DNA of 63,905 nt, filler included, from Folioceros fuciformis (GCA_049999805.1; 12 parts of 12 records of this genome joined end to end with filler, not necessarily neighbours in it); one strand, 5' to 3'. Shown: positions 24,250-37,190, counted from the first letter of the whole stretch. Numbers and translations are program-made. The notes: generated by a model not told the origin, from the sequence alone.

Positions 24250-24951
24250 AATGTGTTCGATCCCAAAGAGGGCAGTTTAGAGATGGAGATGATAAAGAAG
24301 AAGCTATTATTTAAGATACAATCTGCCATTAAATAGGCTTACATAAAACGGTTCGTAATTGCTGCTTGATTTTAACTGTTTTATTAAACTACTAAAACTG
24401 ATTAAACTGTTTATGTATTATAACCCTAATGAAACGTGCCCTAGAACTTAAGTCCACTGGTGTATGTGAGAACACGTTTATGTACCAACACTCCCCCTCA
24501 ACAGTGACTTGGTTCTAGATTGCGGAGCTCAGATGGCTGCCATGTTGCATGTGATTCTTCAATTCCCGCTGAGTGTCTTGTCGAGCATCCGGTGGTTGCT
24601 GCAGATCATGAGTCACTTGATCTCAACTGTGAGTGACAAGATTGCGAGTCTGGAAAGGACTGATTGAGATGTAGTGTGGAGTCGCCAAGGGTGGAGGTCC
24701 CAATGTTGGAGGAACTTCTTTTTTTTATTGTGGCTGCTGTGCTCCCCCTGTAGCTGCGCCAGAGGGTGGATTGCAAAGGCCTAAATAGGTCTCCTTGTTG
24801 ATAAGACCAATGCCTTGTACATGTCTCTCATGCAGGTGCTTTGATAAACCCTTGGTCATAAGATCTGCAGTGTTATCTATTGTATTCACGTATTGCAGTG
24901 TTACTTGCTTACTAGCTACCACTTGCCTAATAACGTGATGCTGTATCTCCA
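24250..24951 (-). mobile_element. Ty1/copia 3' end: RNase H tail, polypurine tract (24491-24500) and 3' LTR start
   Basis: HMEIQHHVIR..LQYVNTIDNTADLMTKGL; minus strand TGAGGGGGAG followed by TGTTGG. Far LTR boundary is approximate. Confidence 0.85.
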
Positions 24952-25204
24952 TGTGAACCTCCAAAGTTTGGGGTAGTAGTTTGTTTTGGTTGAAAAAGGG
25001 TTAATAGTGGTATGGTTTGGTTTTCTTTTTCAACTTATTTTTCCTAATTTTCTTTTATTTTCTGATCATTTTCCTAATTTTCTTTGTGCTAATTGGGTTA
25101 ATTGACCAGGAAATAGTGGGTTTGGTTATAAGAGTGGGTATAGGTTTGGTCCCAGAGCTGGGAAGGTTTAGGTTCGGTACCAGGCCATAGGGTTGGGTGA
25201 TTAG
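24952..25204 (+). mobile_element. Repeat family B terminus (probable LTR) inserted in copia RNase H
   Basis: Closely matches 61169-61422; begins TG and truncates the RNase H frame. Confidence 0.8.
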
Positions 25205-25304
25205 NNNNNNNNNNNNNNNNNNNNNNNNNNNNNNNNNNNNNNNNNNNNTTAATTAATTAANNNNNNNNNNNNNNNNNNNNNNNNNNNNNNNNNNNNNNNN
25301 NNNN

Positions 25305-26162
25305 CCTAGGTTAGGTTAGGTCATACTTAGGTTAGGTTTAGGTCAGAACCGAATGTAGGATGGTTTAGGTCAGAGAGAGATGGTTAGGTAGTTGACTCAG
25401 GTTAACCCTAGTAGACAGAGATGAGGGCTAGGCAGTATAAGAGGAGAGACCTGCCATTGAGAGGGGGGCTGTCTACGATGCGATTTCCCTGGACCTTGTG
25501 TGTAGAACTCCTGGCTTAGGGCACTAAGCCGATTGAGACTGAACTAAGGTCCTGCTTTCCCTTGCTACTAGGGGAACGTGGAGGATCCCAAGACTGCCAA
25601 GATCCGTGTGGCCGGATCCGCAAGGGCTGAATGATTCACAGGCTAGCTGAAGTGAAGTGATAGGACCGTGAGCTAGGAGGGCTATCTAGTCCTAGTATCC
25701 ATACTACGCTTGAGGGCTGCAAGGAGTGAAGCCGTTGTGTCCCAATTTCCAGGGGATAGTTGGAGCGAAGAGAGGAAGAGTTGGAGTGAAGTGCATAGAA
25801 GTGAAGAGTGAGTTGCTGAAGTGCAGGAGTGTGTGCTGAAGTGACGGGTGAAGAGTTGAAGTGAAGGAGGAAGGACTGAAGTGAAGGAGGAAGAACTGAA
25901 GTAGGAATCATGAAGAGCTGAAGGACTAAAGATCTGTAGTGTGAGTGGTGTGAGCTTATTTGAAGATAGGCTAGGCTTCTGGCCTCTTTGTTGTGTGTGT
26001 GTTCAGGCCTATAGACCAGCTGATAGGTAGAAGTATGAGTAAATAGCTGTAGGTGTGCCTTGACACTAGTTCACTCCCTTGGGAGCGAATCAAAAGACTG
26101 CAACGACAATAAGGGGAGGTGTGGACCCTTGGTGGTTCTTGGGTGCAAGAAATCACTCCACA
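25305..26162 (+). mobile_element. Probable long LTR (family C) with TGAAG-rich simple repeats
   Basis: 26058-26162 matches the reverse complement of 55420-55523; ends ...CACTCCACA. Confidence 0.7.
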
Positions 26163-27597
26163 CTCTCACTACCACCAGTTGGACTACCACCGGTCGCCCT
26201 TCCGAAATGGTTGCCCCGNNNNNNNNNNNNNNNNNNNNNNNNNNNNNNNNNNNNNNNNNNNNNNNNNNNNNNNNNNNNNNNNNNNNNNNNNNNNNNNNNN
26301 NNNNNNNNNNNNNNNNNNTTATTTCTATTCCTTATTTTCCAGGAGGAGGGGTGCATATATAAACACCCAAGTGTCCCCGAACCACCAAGGGCCAAGGACA
26401 CTTTTGGGTATGAATACCCCTATCTTATTCACATACCAAGCCGATTTGCTCATTCCTTCACAAAAAAAATCGCAGCCTGCTCATTCTGTTACTCAAAATG
26501 GGAGTATCGAAAGTTTTTTTCCTCTACAGTCGGGAGAGGATAGGGTTAGATTTTGCCTTCCTTCATCCATCATGGCGTACAGGATTTTCCCCTGGTCCAC
26601 CTTGCTCCCTTTTACCACCTCATGCACAAACAGGAGCATATGGTCGGACAGATAATCCTGCTTGCAGACTTGCAGAAAACATAGGAACCATCTAGCGAGA
26701 CCCATCAGCTGCGGGTTGGCCATGTCGCGGACTAGCCACCCATTGGCTTCCTTCTTGGTGCCAGGTTTGAGTAGCCCTTTGGCCTCCGTCGTGCCACCTC
26801 GTTTCTTCAAAGACTCCAACACTAGTCCTCCCTCCTCTTACTGGTCATGGCCATACACTTGCGTTACCAGCTCTAAGTTTCACGCCTGAGGTCTGCCGCG
26901 TATCCCCTCTTCCCGGACGGGCTCTCTCATTTTCAGGGCGCACTCCCTCACTAGCTGCGGCGCCGCATGATTCCACCTCTAGGTCATGAACCCGAGGCCT
27001 AGTTCTCCGACCAGTCCTCCGGCTCTGACTCTCTAGTGCCCCATGTTGGGCCACAGGAGCACATCAATCCTCGGTACAGGGGGGTCTCCCTCTTCCTGCT
27101 CAGGTACCGTTACTTCTGGTAGCAACTCTGGCTACGACCTCATCCTCCCCCGTAATCCGAACCCTGCTACCCTCCCGCGCCCGTGGTTGCCAGCGCTCTC
27201 CACCGGCTCCGCTGTACCGCCTAAGCTTCCACTTCCCTCCGGCCGTCGTCGCACTTCACGGCAACTCCCGCTCCTGCTCCAACTCGTGAAAGTTTCTACT
27301 TTGATTACTGCCTAGGCCCTCCCCTACTTCACCCTAGGGTTTTGTGCTGTCGTTCCCGTTCCACTAATGCCGGTTGGGCTACTGCTGATTTCCCCTTCCC
27401 CGATGGNNNNNNNNNNNNNNNNNNNNNNNNNNNNNNNNNNNNNNNNNNNNTTAATTAATTAANNNNNNNNNNNNNNNNNNNNNNNNNNNNNNNNNNNNNN
27501 NNNNNNTGGGGAGGGCAATGGGAAAGGGAACGGGGGGATCGAGGATTTCTGGTCTCATCTAACGCTCTTCGCCTCGCCTGCGCCATCTCCCTTGCAG

Positions 27598-29444
27598 GTG
27601 CGAACCATTTTTGTCCTAGGGTTTCCCCCAGACGTGAAAGAGCGGGAGTTGCAGAATCTGTTGAGATGGTGGCCCGGCTATGAGGCTTCTCAGATGAATT
27701 TCAAGGCGGATCAACCCATGGGGTTTGCACTCTTCTCTACGTCATCCATGGCCATGGCTGCCCGAGATGCTCTCCAGGTCAGTTGTCTTCTCTCTTCGGC
27801 CCTTCCTGTTGAGACTGAGTAGGGAGTTTTTACTCTTCCCAAGGTTGTAAGGACGTAGTTTTGAGGCATGGATGTTGCATTCAGAACTTGGTATTTGATG
27901 CGGAGACAAATTCAGTTCTTCGTGCGGAAATGGCGAAGAAAAATCTGTATGTGAAGAGAGGTATGACTTGAAATGCCAGGAGCAGATCATCAGAGTGCAT
28001 GCCAAGCATCTGTTTCCTAGACTTTTGCACACTGCTCCTTTCCTTCCAGCTGCTCTGCTGAATCCTCTTGTTGTGGTCTCAGGACTGGCCAGCGGGACAG
28101 CGGAGTCTGGGGGTTACGATCCCAGCAAGAGAATGCGAACTGCAGGAGATTATACACCACCTCCGTACGCAGCGCCTCAGTCTTATCCTCCAGCTGCTGC
28201 ACCTTCTTGGGGCCCTCAAAGGTGGTCTTCCTAGCTGTCGGATTGGATTGGTTACAGCTTGCCTCTGTTTGTCGCCTAGCAGTGTTTTGGACTGTAATGG
28301 TTCCTATTTGCTGTACAATTGGGTGCTGAGTACCTCGTGGGTGCTGGCTGTGCTTTGACATGCAGTTACATTCCGCCTGGAAGTCAATATGACCCTTATG
28401 GTGCCTATCCAGTTGCTCAAGTACCACCCATAGCACCTGCTGGTTATGCGTTTGTTCAGGTGACCAACCTTTCCTTGGCTATGGAGGTCCCTGCGATGCA
28501 GGGCACCTTTGAGGCTCTCTTCTCTTTGTGTCTTAGGTTGGTGACTCCTTTTCCTGGTTTGATAACGTGCAGAACAATAAAGATAATCCTCCGTGCAACA
28601 CCCTGTTTATTGGGAACCTCGGAGAGACGACTAGTGAGCAAGAGTTGCGTGGCTTGTTTAGCAAGTACGATTCTCGCCACCAAAGATTGCCCATAATCTC
28701 TTCTTCCAGACAGACACAACTGCAAAGTGCTTTGCAGTGGGTGCCTTTGGAGCTCGTCTTGCCTGCTAGATGGACGTAGTTGACTCGGGCTGTCTTGCCT
28801 CTGAACACTAAATTGTTGCATGCATCCATTGCAGTCAGCCCGGCTTCCGGCAAATGAAGGTTCTGCGGCAGGGCAAAAGCACAGTTTGCTTCATTGAATT
28901 TGTGGTGAGTACATTTTTGTTGCACGCTGCTCCACCACCCTGCATGCTTGTTAACGTTTCGGAACTCGTTGTGAAGAGGTTGATGAAACTTTCCTGAGGG
29001 AAACTGTGCTGGAGGTGGAGAGTTGATGGTTGTGTTTTACTTGATTTTCTTCCAATCCAGGATGTGAACACAGCAACTGCCGTGCATGGCAACCTTCAAG
29101 GAGCTGTTTTGTCGACTTCAGATCGAGGCGGAATGAGAATACAATATCCTTTTGACATTTGACAGTGCGATGTGGTTTGTGTCTCGTTTGATTCTGCTGG
29201 CAGAAAGAGCAGTTTTCTCCGTTTTGTTGTCGTGTCTCAGTTTTCCCTTGACTTAACTTCTCCCACATATTCGAAAAACCCATATGGGCGAAAACGAGAT
29301 GGAATGGGACCAGTTTCACAACAAGTGGTTGATAATGGAGCTCCAGGTGTGACCGTCTGTCATGAATTGAATGGCAATTCAGATCTGTCAGCATCTGCAC
29401 AGACAAGCACTACTTCAGGTGGAACAGATCAACAAGCTGTATAG
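27598..29444 (+). CDS. Two-RRM RNA-binding protein (RBPMS/Scw1/couch potato-like), 5' truncated; exons 27598-27777, 27885-27960, 28083-28221, 28366-28459, 28573-28664, 28835-28904, 29061-29143, 29267-29444
   Basis: RRM1 VRTIFVLGFPPDVKERELQNLLRW..MGFALF..LRAEMAKKNL. RRM2 NPPCNTLFIGNL..PGFRQMK..VCFIEF..GMRIQYSKNPYG. Splice sites give a continuous frame. Confidence 0.93.
29144..29266 (+). other. U12-type AT-AC intron (123 nt)
   Basis: 5' ATATCCTT, branch point TCCCTTGAC at 29244-29252, 3' AC; removal restores RIQYSKNP. Confidence 0.93.
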
Positions 29445-30930
29445 GCGACGGGATGTTGTCATGTTGGGGTCATGAAGCATTCAGCCGGCAGTTCCTCTAA
29501 AGTGATGTATCTCATTCTTTAAAGCTCACTTGCAGCATGGAAGGTTGGAATCATCGGATCCTGTTGATGCATGAGACTGCAGCATCATGGCTATGATATC
29601 TGTTCTTGTATTTGAGTAGCGACGTGGTCATAAGATTGTGCGCATCATCATCGTGACCATCAGTGGTATTGGCTGATTTTCATTGTATCATGAGATGTAC
29701 ATTGGGAGGGTCTGGCGGGAGGTGCTTTTGGCACCAAGCATGGAGAGATTATCGGTTAAGCATAATTTCTGCAGGGGCATGTTTGAAGACTCTGATTTTA
29801 CTTGGCCAAGGATGCGCATGTTTTTTGCCGGCATCTCGCATACGCATGGCAAGCAGCTTGTGTTGCAGCATGACCTGCCTGGACTATGTTCGAGTTGGTG
29901 TTCCATGCACATCATCTGCTTGGGGATTCGTCCGGAATTATTGGGGGATGGGGGGAGACTGTTGCCCCGGCATCTGTGCGAAATGTTGCTGTTTCCATGT
30001 TGCTCATCTACTTAGGTTGTGTTACTAGGTACTGCCCTTTGCTCGTTTGCTTGGCAAACAAGTAAATTCCAATGATTGAGGACAGTTTGGTAATAGTGCA
30101 GCCCGATCCACACCTGTGCTGGCAGCAGCTTTTTCTTCGACAATGACATGAGGTATTCATGATGTTTGTAGTGGTTCAAATTCTCGTAGCCCCTGGCCAG
30201 AACACCGCTGCTGCTTCTGCTTACGTTGTTGCTTTCTATGTTATGGCTTTTGGAGGCCATTTCATGATGTGCTGTACTCATAAAAAAGAGTTTGGTCTGT
30301 TTTGAGCAATTTCAGTGGTGGCTAGCTAGTGAGTAAGGTGGATGAGGACTGGACAGGACAGAACAGAACAGGACAGGACAAGTGGTGTTTTCCAGAGTCT
30401 AGAATCTTGATTCGAGCTTTGTGATACGGGGCAGTTCGGGGCCTTGACTGATGAGATCCTGGGTTGAAGTTGACAGGCTCGATTTTTTTGGCAGATGTTC
30501 ACTGTTGACGAGGTTAACGAATTGTGTGTGTGTAGGGGACACACCCATTGGTGCAGATTTTCGCTTTCTTTGCACTATGAGCAAGCTTTGTTGTAGGTTG
30601 TTTTGTGTCAAATCCTAGTGCCACTCCAGGCGCTGTCCGCAAACGCCATCCAGGCGTGGTGATTTGTCTCAGAGCCGGCCAGGCCATGTGGAAACCACGG
30701 TCGGGGTAGGTCCACGCTCAGCAATGGAAGCCAGAATTCTGGTTGCGTCCATCGTGATACAACAAACAAGGTGGCCTTGTGTTCTTTTGTCAGGGTTTCC
30801 GAAGCGAAGCCGTGTTCCATGCCTTAATTCCCGATCATAATTCGGTAGTTGTCCACGATGTGCTGACAGGGTTCGCTGAGATTCTGGTGGACTTTTTGTA
30901 TATATTGTCAACACCTCGGTGGTCATCTTG

Positions 30931-31002
30931 GCGTTTGTAGTCCAACGGTCAGGATAATTGCCTTCCAAGCAATAGACCCGGGTTCGACTCCCGGCAGACG
31001 CA
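30931..31002 (+). tRNA. trnG: tRNA-Gly(UCC), nuclear, intronless
   Basis: 72 nt; acceptor stem GCGTTTG/CAGACGC, anticodon arm ATTGC-CTTCCAA-GCAAT, T-loop GGTTCGACTCC, T-run downstream. Confidence 0.97.
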
Positions 31003-31625
31003 CGTTTGCTGTTTTGTTGATTGTCTAAGTGGACCAGGTCACGGTAGTGACAAACGAGGCAGACAACTCAATTTCGAAGTGGGCCAGGTGAAGATAGAGA
31101 CAAACGAGGCAGTCGGGCGGAGGGGAAAAGCATTCATCTTTGATACGCGGTGCAGTTGCGATTGTAGGCGTGGATCTGTCCGTTGGGGTCGATGTTCTCG
31201 GGCGGTGGCATTGCTGGCAGTGGGCCAGAGGAGGGCACGGTGGTGACAAATGACGCCGACAACGTGAGCAACCCCTGAGTAGTCGTGTAAATAAATTCAT
31301 AATAGAGAAGGTCCAGACGCCAGACGGGCGTCCCGTTCCGTCCCGGAAGTCCAGGGCTGCGGAAGAAAAACGTAAGTTGGCANNNNNNNNNNNNNNNNNN
31401 NNNNNNNNNNNNNNNNNNNNNNNNNNNNNNNNNNNNNNNNNNNNNNNNNNNNNNNNNNNNNNNNNNNNNNNNNNNNNNNNNNGAGGGACGGACTACAAAA
31501 GCTCCTCATCTCGGCCGGCCCCATGGGCCTGCCAGCGGCGAGCGGGAAAGCCAAGTCTCGTCTAGAGCGGGAGGCGGAGCCGGAGCCGGAGCCGGGTGCA
31601 GGTGCAGCAGGTGAGAGGGTCCAGG

Positions 31626-32120
31626 ATGGAGAGTCTGGCACCCCCGCCAGCCACCGACCTCCTCCGAGGCCTTCACCCTAGCTTCCCCACCCATGCCCGA
31701 ATCGCCGTTCTCGGCGGAGGCCCCAGCGGCCTGGCCGCCGCGTGGGCCCTGGAGCGCCTGGGTTTCCAACATGTCACCGTGCTGGAGCAGCATCACACCG
31801 TGGGCGGGATGTGCGAGTCCGTCGCCATCCAAGGTTGAATTGCTTTGCCCCTGCCTTTGCTTTGCTTTGCTTGACATTGCATTGCATTGCTGCGTTTCGC
31901 TTCGCTCGCTCTTCCTCGTCGTGCTGGCCACCTGAGAGTCCTCGGGCCGCACATGCATCGGTGGCAGGAAGGACGTATGACCTCGGGGGCCAAGTCCTGG
32001 CGTTGGAGCGGTCGCCGACCATGGCGGCTCTGGCGGCCGAGCTGGGCGTGGAGATGGAGGATCTTGGCGCGCACAAGCACATGGTTCTGGACGTGGAGGC
32101 GGGGGGCGCCGGGCAGGACC
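31626..32120 (+). CDS. 5' fragment of FAD-dependent oxidoreductase (amine oxidase fold), probably the N-terminus of the large plant NRPS-like protein; exons 31626-31833 and 31968-32120+
   Basis: Rossmann motif RIAVLGGGPSGLAAAWAL..VTVLE...VGGMCES, spliced in frame to GRTYDLGGQVLA. Confidence 0.85.
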
Positions 32121-32625
32121 NNNNNNNNNNNNNNNNNNNNNNNNNNNNNNNNNNNNNNNNNNNNTTAATTAATTAANNNNNNNNNNNNNNNNNNNNNNNN
32201 NNNNNNNNNNNNNNNNNNNNCAACACCACCAGTGGAGATCCAACTCCTGATTCTAGCCCAAGCCCCGAGCGTTGCGGGAAAAGGGACGACGACCTCATCA
32301 AGTATAGATAAAGAATCCCTCTAGCAACGCTGTCGCAACCATAGGCTAACAGTTGGACGAAGTTTCGAGCGCAAAGCCCCAGCCCGACTCAGAGCCGACA
32401 CATGGTATACAGAGACATCAAAATCAGACAGACCTGAGAAACTCCCCACCTTTGACACCACAGCCAGAGCCACCTAAGCAAGGGAGCCGAAACCAGTGGC
32501 GAATAAAAGATGAGCCCTGGCAAGCACACCCGCCGCGTTGCGCTGCTCTGGTCCACTCCAGGATCGGAAAGCCCGTGAATTGACACAAACACGTGACGGA
32601 AGTCTGAATGACATGGAGAACCTAC

Positions 32626-32724
32626 CTCCAGAGCACATCCCGCCGACGTCAGCACGGACAATGTCAAGTAGGAGCGAGTGATGATAGGCATCTGCTTGTA
32701 CCAATCCTCCACCATCTGCGCCAT
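32626..32724 (-). CDS. DER2: Derlin-2, first coding exon (rest beyond the scaffold end)
   Basis: MAQMVEDWYKQMPIITRSYLTLSVLTSAGCALE followed by a GTAGG donor; matches the conserved plant Derlin-2 N-terminus as I recall it. Confidence 0.9.
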
Positions 32725-34374
32725 AGCGGGACACGCCTCAGCCCTGCTTCAGAATACTGTTCAACCGAGGCCAGGAATTGCGTCACAGTCCCCTGGGCTG
32801 CACCACAGTGTCCCCCCCGCAAATACTAAATCAGCCTCGCTGGACCAGCTGCAGCTCTTCCCACCAGGAGAGTAGGAGCCAACCCTGCTTTGTTTGACCC
32901 ACCGACAACAGTGCCACGGATCAGGCGCAGACAAGCTGCTGCAATTCAGCTGCCAAATTCCCCACACGGCAACAGATTCAACACAGATGATAGCGTCCAA
33001 GTGCAGCCAGATACCTATCAAAGATAGGGCAGGTGGGTCTCGGATCGTAGCGGTGCCCGCTTTATACAGTAACTACCCAGCCAACTTGACAGCATGCACG
33101 GACGTCCATATGTAGGTAGAATGTTGAATCCCGATCCTCGGTGCTCCTTAGATCAAAGTGTGATTCATACCGCAAGGGTCTGGCTCTGGCTCTGGCTCCG
33201 GCTCCGGCTCTGTTGCTGAAGACATCACTTGTCGCGCTCTTCTAAGGACGGCCATGAATTACAGAAATCATTTCTTATCCTTGAAGTATATTTTGATATA
33301 TAATTATGATATCTGTTGACCTATTTTCTCAACCTTATCACAGGATGAACTCCAACCCGCGTCATGTGACTCCACCATTCTACTCTCGATGCTTTGCTTT
33401 CTCCAAGCGCCTGATTGCCTTGGACCATTATCAATCACCTGACGGACAGATCCTTTCAAATCTTCCACCCTTCCTACCTATATGGTTCTCCAGTTTGTAT
33501 GCTTCTTGCTAACAATGCTCTTGATTAAGATGTTTTTTACTTGATTTCAATCTCCTTGGTTTTCTGTTTTCGTGTCCATACTTGTCTAGGTAGAATCGTC
33601 CTAATGGTGCTTATTGGAGACACATTGCGGGGTAGAGTCTACCTTAGCCCGTGTAATGAAATTTATATGTGTGAAGTAAGTTGCATTATATTTAAAGAAT
33701 ACAAAACCTCTCAACCAATTTGGATAAGCTAAAGCTTGCAATCTCTACATGCAGCTCTAGCTTATCCACAACATGATCTATCCCGTCCACAACCACATGC
33801 CTCTGAAATTAATTACAACTACGATGGAGGAAGCATTTTGTGAACACAATACATATAAACACATATGAAATCAAACCAAGGGTATAGATGAAGACAAGCG
33901 TCGTGGGGGAGACCCATGGGGCTATAGGCAAGGACTTTTCAAGAAGAAGAAGGATGAAAATATGCATGTTTTGCAAGGGAGAATACTTATGGACTTTAGC
34001 GCTTGCACAACCCTCCACCGTTCATCCAAGAGGGTTGATGGCAACGTGCTCACAAATCGAATCTCTAGTAGGATCCGTAACAACCACATCAGCAACACAA
34101 ACTTGTTCTTTCCTAGTGAAAAAATTTCGTCTCTAAGTGAAAATCCGTTGCTCAAAGTATATAGACACTCCCCATATGGAAGAAACCCACATTCCCTTGC
34201 TATTGACAAACCTAACATCCCAAAACTGCATTATGGGTGGCAATGCAATGTACTCCGATAGGACAACATGCTAGATGGGACCCTGTGTCAACACTCGCAA
34301 CCTCACAACTGCATGTAGAGAGAGAAAAAGCCAAAGGGTGGGCCAAACCTAAGCAAAATCTCATCACGCTCCCG

Positions 34375-34602
34375 CAATTCTACCAGACATGGTATAGTCG
34401 ATAACACGCTACTAGCGATCCTACCAGACGCTATACAGCCGGCAACACGCTACTCGCGATCTTACTAGACACTATACAGCCGGCAACACGCTACTCGCGA
34501 TCCTACTAGACACTATACAGCCGGCAACACGCGATCCTACTAGACACTATACAGCCAGCAACACGCGATCCTACTAGACACTATACAGCCGGCAACACGC
34601 TG
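34375..34602. repeat. ~34-41-bp tandem repeat (gcgatcctactagacactatacagccggcaacac), about 6 copies
   Basis: Direct tandem copies abutting a family A LTR. Confidence 0.9.
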
Positions 34603-34604
34603 CT

Positions 34605-34897
34605 TGAGGGATCGCTAGAGGAGCCACATGGTGAAGGAGGAGAGGAGGAAGCAAGGAGGAGAGGAGAGAGCAAGGTCTCTCACACCCTCTCACACTCTAT
34701 ATTACAAGAGAGCTCAAGAGGGTATATATGCCCTCCAAAAGAGCTCCCAAGGAAGCTTCACAAGAAGCGCACACGAAGCTGCGCAAGAAGCTTCCTATAG
34801 ATAAGCTTAAGCTAATCTAAACTAATGATACTTAACTAGACACTAATCTTAGACTAACCACATTAGTCTAAGCACATTGGGCTTTAATAACCTTATA
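34605..34897 (-). mobile_element. Family A LTR, full length
   Basis: Reverse complement of the 2471-2742 and 49467-49753 sequence; no TSD or PBS seen. Confidence 0.9.
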
Positions 34898-37190
34898 GAG
34901 GGGTCCCTGTAGGCAAGGAGGGTAAGGAGGTGGAATTTTTCAGTGGTATCTACCAAAAGGAGGGTCGTCTCTTTGCTGATATTCGGCTAAAGCAAGTCAA
35001 TGGTTCCCAATATACCACTTAACCCATAGTGGAGGTGGTCCTTGGATGCGCCTTGGGCGAAAGAAAGGTTTGGGGGTCCACACTTGGCAGCGAGTGATGT
35101 CGAGGGGCCCTTAGCTGGTCAGGATTGGAGGCCCGCCCCTACGACGCGCAAGTCGGAAAGGCTTCAAAGATTGTCCCTCGAGCTAAAAGCTAAGGACCAT
35201 CTGGCGCGGCCTAAGTCAGTGATTGGGGCTAGGATGCCCGAGCCATGTTTTGTCCGGAATCTCTCAAGCAAGTCTCATTAAATGAGTATCGACACTTTGA
35301 AAAATTATGATAGGGGGTCTCATTTGCGGATCATTTTCCTGGAANNNNNNNNNNNNNNNNNNNNNNNNNNNNNNNNNNNNNNNNNNNNNNNNNNNNNNNN
35401 NNNNNNNNNNNNNNNNNNNNNNNNNNNNNNNNNNNNNNNNNNNNGCACTTCTCCGTCTAACTCCTTGGACAAGGACTTGGTGCAGGCTAAGGGGGCGCAA
35501 GATGTGTACCCTCCTCCAGGGCAGGAGGTGTACCACTTGCTTAGTGGTCAGGAGCTTAGGAAGGCAGAAGGTACAACAAGGAGAAAAGGCAGACTTTTTG
35601 CGATCAACCCAACGGTTATGAGAAAGGTAATGGATGCGCCTTGGGCGAAAGACAGGTTTGGGGGTCCAAACACGGCAGTGAGTGATGTCAAGGGGCCCTT
35701 AGCTGGTCAGGATTGGAGGACCGCTCCTGCGATTCGCAAGTTCGAAAGGCTTCAAAGATTGTCCCTTGAGCAAAAAGCTAAGGACCATCTGGCGTGGCCT
35801 AAGTCAATGACTGGGGCTAGGATGCCCAAGCTGTTTGCTGTCCGGAATCTCTCAAGCAAGTCCCGTTAAATGAGTATCGACACTCTGAAAAACTACGAAA
35901 GGGGGTCTCACTTGCGGATAATTTCCTGGAATGTTAGGGGTCTGGGGGGATGGTCGAAGACGGCGTCGAAGTGTAGAAGACTTAAGAAACTGCTAGAAGA
36001 GGAAGTCACTTGGGATGTGGTGTGCTTGCAAGAGCATAAATTGTCCTTGGAGCACATCCAAAAAGTGAAGAAAATCTTTCTTCCTGGGAGAACTGAATGC
36101 GCAGCAGCTAGAGCAGAGGATACAAGAGGTGGACAAATCTCTTCTCAACGAGTTTCAGCAACTCGTGGAGGTGTGTCCACGACAGTTCACCCACAGCAAA
36201 CCCATAATATCCTAGAATCGGGACAAGATGAGGATGGGAGGTTTGTGTGGATGGTGCTACAAACACCTCAAGGTCCGGTTGGAATATGTAATATTTATGC
36301 GCCGAATGCTGCCGTGGACAGAAGTATCCTCTAGAGTAGGCTGGGTGAACAGCTTGATGAGCAGATTCCGTGGATGCTGGTTGGCGATTTCAACTTTGTT
36401 GAACGCCGAGAGGACATCCGTGGGGATAGCCCAGGTGATGTTCGAGCGGTGCCTATGTCTTGGTAGGAGCTGAGAGATACGATCTTGGTGGTGCAGGATC
36501 CTTGGGTGGCCCTCCCGGCGCATCGCCAACCATAGTCCTTGATGTTCAGTTGGTCCAACCAACAACAACAGAACTTGGGTGCGCGCAGGTTGGATAGGTG
36601 GCTGGCCTTTGTACAGTCGTACAGCATTCTCGCTGGTACGATTCTTTCGGACCACCACCCTATTAGTTTGCACTTGAGGCTCGCTCCTAAGCCGGAGCGT
36701 CTAAGGAGGCATTTGCAAAATTTTCAGATGAACACCTCCTTACTGAAGGACAAAGGTGTCTTTGAAGACATCAAAAACATATGGCAAGGAGTGGAACGGG
36801 GGGAAGAAAATGCGGTGATCAAACTGAAGCATGTTAACACTGAGGTGACTAGGTATTTGAGGAGGCGAGGGGTGCAACGGGCTGGCTGCAAAGGAGCTGC
36901 GAGAGTCGGGATTTCACTGATGCGAAAGTGGCCCGTAAAACGGAGGTGCAATGCACCTTGGCCAAGCTGGAAGAAGACAGGGCCAGAGGCTGGTTTAAGC
37001 GGGCTAAAATTAAATGGGTGAGGGAGGGGGATGGCCCCTCTAAATTCTTCTTTGACAAGGTGGCCTCTAATTGGCATAGGGTGCAAATCCCTGCCCTCCC
37101 GAACGCGCGTGGCGTGGTGCAAGAATCTCTTGAAGGTTTAAAACTCTCATTACCCTCTTCTTTGTTAGCATTTTCTCTAGTGTTGGGAAG
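34898..37190 (+). mobile_element. Decayed LINE (L1/Tx1-like): ORF1 end and ORF2 APE endonuclease
   Basis: RIISWNVRGLG, VVCLQEHK, ICNIYAPN, WMLVGDFN, RRLDRW, LSDHHP, then RAKIKWVREGDGPSKFFF; in-frame stops. Confidence 0.92.

Noticed and set aside
31003-31120. Dicistronic tRNA-Gly-snoRNA
   Set aside because: A T-run follows shortly after the tRNA and no convincing C/D box pair was seen.
33800-34270. Possible homology with the reverse complement of 48850-49450
   Set aside because: Only short matching words (gacactccccata); too weak to support by eye.
34375-34602. 34-41-bp repeats as a CRISPR array
   Set aside because: No spacers; an ordinary minisatellite beside an LTR.
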